The notes below the pieces were generated by a model that saw only the letters and a program-made list of their open reading frames with translations, had not been told where the DNA came from and did no database searches. A program made the translations under genes and the position numbers. Shown one piece after another: positions 59,450 to 64,000 of a stretch of DNA of 64,000 nucleotides; the stretch's first letter is position 1, and each line of letters opens with the position of its first letter. Origin of the DNA: an uncultured cyanobacterium (GTDB lineage Bacteria > Cyanobacteriota > Cyanobacteriia > Cyanobacteriales > Nostocaceae); NCBI GenBank assembly GCA_963740315.1, contig CAVUDP010000001.1, forward strand, positions 1,344,001 to 1,408,000, given 5' to 3'.

Positions 59450-60695
59450 TTAAATTTGTGCCAGCTTAAGTGATGCTTGTCTCCTCATTCTGTGATATTC
59501 CATTGTTAAAGTTAGAGATGTTGTTAAATACATAAACCAATTCCAGCTAGGAGTTAATAATCTAGCCTCAGAAATATTAACGATAATAATGATAAGCAGC
59601 ATTTGCATCGGTAAATAATCTTCGGGTTTTTTCGCTACTAATACAATTCGATAAAGCGCCATAGTAAAGAAGCGAATGAAACCGATCGCAAAAATCAAGA
59701 AACCGCAAATTCCTAAATCTAGCATTATCTCCAAAAAGCCATTATGAGAATTACTTGCCCATTCGTAAGTTAATCTGATATTAGAAGCGAATGGACTAGT
59801 CCAAAATGCAGCATATCCATAACCAAATAAAAGGTCTTTGTAAAATTTGATTTAATACAGGTTCCCATAAGTCTGTACGTCCATTTAAAGTTAGGTCTTT
59901 TCCCGACGTGCCAACTATAGTTTCTGCGTTACCTAAAATTAAGATCAAACCGCTAACCAATGACATTAAAACAAAACTAATCGCGATTATTTGCATTTTA
60001 TAATTATTGTTATTACTAAGTTTGTATAAAGGTAAAAGACATATCATTGTTATCACGATAGTTAATGAAGTTGTAGAGCGTGAAAGAATGATTAGACAAA
60101 TAGATAATCCGAATAATCCCAACCTGAGTAAACGATATTTTGGTTCGCTTAAAGCTAAATGTAAAAAAACTCCTGCGCTCCAAGCCATCATGTATCCCAA
60201 TTCATTTTTATGCCCAAAAATTCCACTCCACATCCCAGCTAATTCTGGTGTTGTATGAATTCCTCCAAAACTTGGAATTAAAGGAAAAATTATTGATAAA
60301 ACTGCTGTTGTTCCCAGTGCAAAAGCCATGAACCTGATTTGTTCTTTGAAGGTATAGCGCATCGCTAGATAAACAGCTAATAAATAGACTCTAATTAAAC
60401 CTCGTATATAAGTTAAGCTTGAACCCATATCTGCCGACCATAAAACAGAAAATAAGATTATTATTAATAGCAGTAATTGAAATATACCTTTAGAACTAAC
60501 ATATAAAAATCCTTTCCAGTAGTTTGCAATTAAAGCAAATAATATTAAATATGACAAACCATTTAATATTTTGTCTACAAATGCCCCTCCCAAGGGATTT
60601 CCTGAGATTTCATGGGCGGGTTTGATTGCAAAAGCACCTACAGCAATTAGTATTAATACAAGTGTGGCAAGTTTTTCAAGTCGTTCAATTTTCAA
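59450..60695 (-). pseudogene. O-antigen ligase/Wzy-like polymerase, split by a +1 frameshift
   Basis: GIFGHKNELG, SRSTT, GKDLTLNGRT.LW; removing one base of the A4 run at 59829-32 restores RPLFGYGYAAFW...SHNGFLEIMLDLG. Confidence 0.85.
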
Positions 60696-60733
60696 TTTAT
60701 CACCTCAATAAACTTGATATTTAACAATAATTA

Positions 60734-61675
60734 TTAACGTGCGATTACTTTTCTATCCTGGAGTATTTTTTTCAAGTTTTGTTTAAAAAGATCCAATTTA
60801 GTTGCACGATATACGGTATCTTGAATAAATTTATCTGCTGGTAAATTCCTCACTATATAAGGTGGATGTTTTAAAGGGAATTCCATTTCCTCGGTGGGAA
60901 GGTTGATAAATGAAAACTCTTGATTAGAATTAAAATTTGTTGAGTCTGCACCAACACCAACATTACTAACTAAATTGACGTTGGGAATAATATTTAATCC
61001 ACCTTGCATCCAGCAAGCAAATGTCCATTGGTAATCCCAAGTGATACCCGTAGGATTTTCGTAAATAGAATTAAATATATTTGTCCAGTAACTTACTGCT
61101 TTGGAATCAACAAGAATATTATTTAAAATATTTGATTCTTTGACTTCCTGCCACAATTTAATATGTAGATCGTAATGTTGCCAAGCGCGTCGCCAACTTG
61201 CCCATCCCCAACAGTGACTATAGGATGAAAAATAATAACTATAATCAGTACGCTTCTGTCTTAATTGGGCATTTTGAGCCGCAATCGAAGTGATTCTATT
61301 GTCATATCGATATTTTTCTAGTAATTTTTCGCAAAACCGGAAGAATGTTTGATGAGGAATACAATCATCTTCTAAAATAATTGTTTCTTCTACTTGATTA
61401 AATACCCAATCTAAGCCACTAGAAACTCTTTTCGCACAGCCTAAATTTACCTCTGAGTAATTTTTGATAACTTCGCAATTCCAGTCAACTTGCTCGATAA
61501 TTGCGCGGGTTTCGGCGCATTTTTCGGCTTCACCTTCGCGGTCGATCCGAGGACCATCGGCAATCACATATAGCTTTTTAGGCTTAACCTGACGAATGGT
61601 TTCAAACACTTTGGCGGTAGTGTCCGGGCGTTTAAATATAATAAAAGTTATTGGGGTTTCTAGCTGTTGATTCAT
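60734..61675 (-). CDS. GT-A-fold glycosyltransferase-like protein
   Basis: FKRPDTT, ADGPR, NLGC, IILEDD, CWGWASWRRAW, TWDYQW, NLVSNVG. Confidence 0.8.
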   Translation of the reverse strand: MNQQLETPITFIIFKRPDTTAKVFETIRQVKPKKLYVIADGPRIDREGEAEKCAETRAIIEQVDWNCEVIKNYSEVNLGCAKRVSSGLDWVFNQVEETIILEDDCIPHQTFFRFCEKLLEKYRYDNRITSIAAQNAQLRQKRTDYSYYFSSYSHCWGWASWRRAWQHYDLHIKLWQEVKESNILNNILVDSKAVSYWTNIFNSIYENPTGITWDYQWTFACWMQGGLNIIPNVNLVSNVGVGADSTNFNSNQEFSFINLPTEEMEFPLKHPPYIVRNLPADKFIQDTVYRATKLDLFKQNLKKILQDRKVIAR

Positions 61676-61826
61676 TGTTATTTATCTCGACCTTTTAATA
61701 AATAAAGATATTTTTGTTTTGTTAATCATAATATGACTTACTCAGAGAATTAGATACATATCGATACATAATTTAGATAGAATAATGCAATATTTATAAA
61801 TAATTAATACATAAATTTGCGATAAA

Positions 61827-63143
61827 TTAGTATTTATAAAAAGGTAAAAAAGACTGCATTTGAATTTGAAATAGTTTGCGGGTTCTTTTATCAACAGCAT
61901 TGCTCAAAAAAGCTGCAACAGCTTGAGATGAAATAGTTGCAATCGCCGCCCCAAGTCCTGCATATTGAGGAATCAGTAAAAGGTTGAGTATAACATTCAG
62001 AATTGCTCCGAATAAAGTCTTACCTAAAGAAACATTATTTAGTCCTTCAGCAATAAACCAAGGTGATGTTGCAACACCCATAAATACAAACAAAGAAGCC
62101 CAAATATGCACTGCTAATATTGCTCCAGCTTCTATATATCCATCATCAAAGATTAACAAAATTATGTTTTTTGATAGGAATGTCATGGGAATAGAAATTG
62201 CCAGAGATATATAGGTTAGTAAGCGGAGTAATTGTCCTATGCGCTTATAGTAATGATGTTCGGATTTTTCTTTAGCTGCATAAATCGCAGGAGCAACCGA
62301 AGAGACAATAGTGGTGGGAATAAAATACCATAGTTCAGAAATACGTACAGCAGCAGAATAAATACCAACTTCGCTATCTCCTTTCATTTGACCTAACATT
62401 ATCTGGTCAATTTTCATAAAAATTAGAATTGCAAATCCAGAGAAGATTAAAGGGAAACTCTGTTTAAGCAGGTTTTTGGCAGTTGCAAAACTCCACTTCC
62501 AGTTCCACAATGAGGAACCTTTTACTTGATAAATAGCAATTAAACCAACTGCACCGATCGCAATTTCTGCTAATGCAACCCAAGCAAATGCTAATAATGG
62601 TGCTTCGATTAAAATTAAGCCTACTTTCAATAAAGTACTCAACAAATAGGCAATATTTTTTGCAATTACACTATATTTTGACTGCACCTGCGACTGAAAC
62701 CACAAGTCAACGGTATCAGCAGTTCTGAAAATTCCAGTCATAGCCAATATTGCTACCAGCCATACGGTAAATGTATCTTTTAAGAAAAATATAGTAGTTA
62801 CTGCTAATAAAACCGAAACAATTCCACCTATTAGTTTTAAACCAAAAGTCGTTCCTAAAATTTCTGCTTTATTTGACGATTTTTTCACAAGATGACTTAC
62901 TACTACATCATCTAAACCCAACGTAAATATTGGCGTAAATAAACTAACAAAAGCCATCGCATAATTAAACAAACCGTATTGCTCGGTTCCTAAATAACGC
63001 GCTACCCATGCTCCAACAAATAAACCCGCACCCATCTTGATAACGCGATCGCCAAATAACCATCCTGTATTGCTGGCAACTGCTCGCAGTTTAGAATTAG
63101 ATTTGAATTGTGATATATTTGGAATTTTTAATTTTCTGAGCAT
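61827..63143 (-). CDS. wzx: Polysaccharide flippase
   Basis: ARYLG.EQYG, KIDQIML, VGIYSAA, LNLLLIP.Y...GAAIAT; many TM helices. Confidence 0.9.
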   Translation of the reverse strand: MLRKLKIPNISQFKSNSKLRAVASNTGWLFGDRVIKMGAGLFVGAWVARYLGTEQYGLFNYAMAFVSLFTPIFTLGLDDVVVSHLVKKSSNKAEILGTTFGLKLIGGIVSVLLAVTTIFFLKDTFTVWLVAILAMTGIFRTADTVDLWFQSQVQSKYSVIAKNIAYLLSTLLKVGLILIEAPLLAFAWVALAEIAIGAVGLIAIYQVKGSSLWNWKWSFATAKNLLKQSFPLIFSGFAILIFMKIDQIMLGQMKGDSEVGIYSAAVRISELWYFIPTTIVSSVAPAIYAAKEKSEHHYYKRIGQLLRLLTYISLAISIPMTFLSKNIILLIFDDGYIEAGAILAVHIWASLFVFMGVATSPWFIAEGLNNVSLGKTLFGAILNVILNLLLIPQYAGLGAAIATISSQAVAAFLSNAVDKRTRKLFQIQMQSFLPFYKY

Positions 63144-63203
63144 TGGGGAACAGTTAGCAGTGAGCAGTGAACAGTGAGCAGTGAGCAGTGAATAAAAAAG
63201 AAG

Positions 63204-64000
63204 CTATTTGATTAGTTTTCCCGCTACCGACAATCTTAAAAAGTACATCGTCAACAGGAATATACCTTTTACTTTCCAATAGATATTTTTTTCTAATAGA
63301 AAGATGATTTTCAAATACATACTAAAATCACTCGTTTTCGGACAAGGAATTGTTTTTAATTCATTCAGACAGGTATAAGCTAAAAATAACGGTAAACTTA
63401 AACCATTTTTTTGCATAATGTCATTAAACAATACCGAACGTTTTAAGAATCTCTTATATTCAAAACTGACGTTAATATCTAAAGATTTATTATTGTAGAA
63501 ATTATTGCTTTTATGTATTCTATACATCACCGAAGGTTGAGACATATAAAACTTTTTAGCCCCTACTAAAGAAGCACCCCATACCAAACAGTCATCGGCT
63601 CGAACTCGCCAATCATCTGTATATGGAATCGGCAAAACTTTTTGTAAAATTTCTCGACGCATTGATAATGTAGAAGCGATCGAGCCAATCCATTCGCCAA
63701 GACATAAAGTTTTAATTACGGAATAACCTAAATCTAGATCGAACTCATATTCTTTAAATATTCCTTCTTCTATTCCAAATTTTTGATAGGCACAAAATAG
63801 AAAATCACACTCCCGATAGCGCTGATAAAACTTCAACGCATTCTCTAAATATTCGCCTTTGTACATATCATCGGCATCAAGAAAAAAGATAATATCTCCA
63901 GTTGCGGCTAAAAATCCTTCGTTAAACGAAGATAATTGTCCTTGATTTTTCTCTTTCAATATATACTTAATATTTGGTTGCAAAGCTCTAGCGATCGCTT
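63204..64000 (-). CDS. Glycosyltransferase family 2 (5'-truncated by window edge)
   Basis: NQGQLSSFNEG, GDIIFFLDADD, ADD, YRIH. Confidence 0.85.
   Translation of the reverse strand, partial: AIARALQPNIKYILKEKNQGQLSSFNEGFLAATGDIIFFLDADDMYKGEYLENALKFYQRYRECDFLFCAYQKFGIEEGIFKEYEFDLDLGYSVIKTLCLGEWIGSIASTLSMRREILQKVLPIPYTDDWRVRADDCLVWGASLVGAKKFYMSQPSVMYRIHKSNNFYNNKSLDINVSFEYKRFLKRSVLFNDIMQKNGLSLPLFLAYTCLNELKTIPCPKTSDFSMYLKIIFLLEKNIYWKVKGIFLLTMYFLRLSVAGKLIK

Overview
AT-rich chromosomal window from a filamentous heterocystous-type cyanobacterium (Nostocales-like), inferred from abundant HIP1 octamers (GCGATCGC), STRR-type heptamer repeats, nblA and psbA. From left to right: (1) 1-7.6 kb holds nblA, a PP2C phosphatase/ABC1 kinase operon, a LysR regulator and recR, which appears to need a non-canonical ACG start. 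(2) 7.7-29 kb is a ~21 kb zinc-starvation island with ten Zur-box-like palindromes. It carries two COG0523 GTPases, a WD40 protein, a degenerate CobW plus two atypical metallophosphoesterases, folE, Zn-independent hemB, an RTX-like protein, a porin, znuABC, a PEP-CTERM protein and an FAD oxidoreductase. Its intergenic DNA contains unannotated decayed remnants of hemB, thrS and folE, which trace a fossil hemB-thrS2-COG0523-folE operon interrupted by an ArsR/CDF/nuclease-like islet. (3) 29-44 kb is accessory: an SLH-flavoprotein, an ACAD-methyltransferase-SDR operon, psbA, HIT, a desaturase, REP-bounded small genes, yifB/comM, nuclease-like genes and orphan antitoxins. (4) 44-52 kb holds a PRC-barrel gene, smc and an intact IS5/IS1031 element. 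(5) 52-64 kb is a Wzx/Wzy-type polysaccharide cluster whose polymerase/ligase gene is frameshifted. No rRNA, tRNA or CRISPR array was seen. All family assignments come from motif recognition by eye; no database searches were run.
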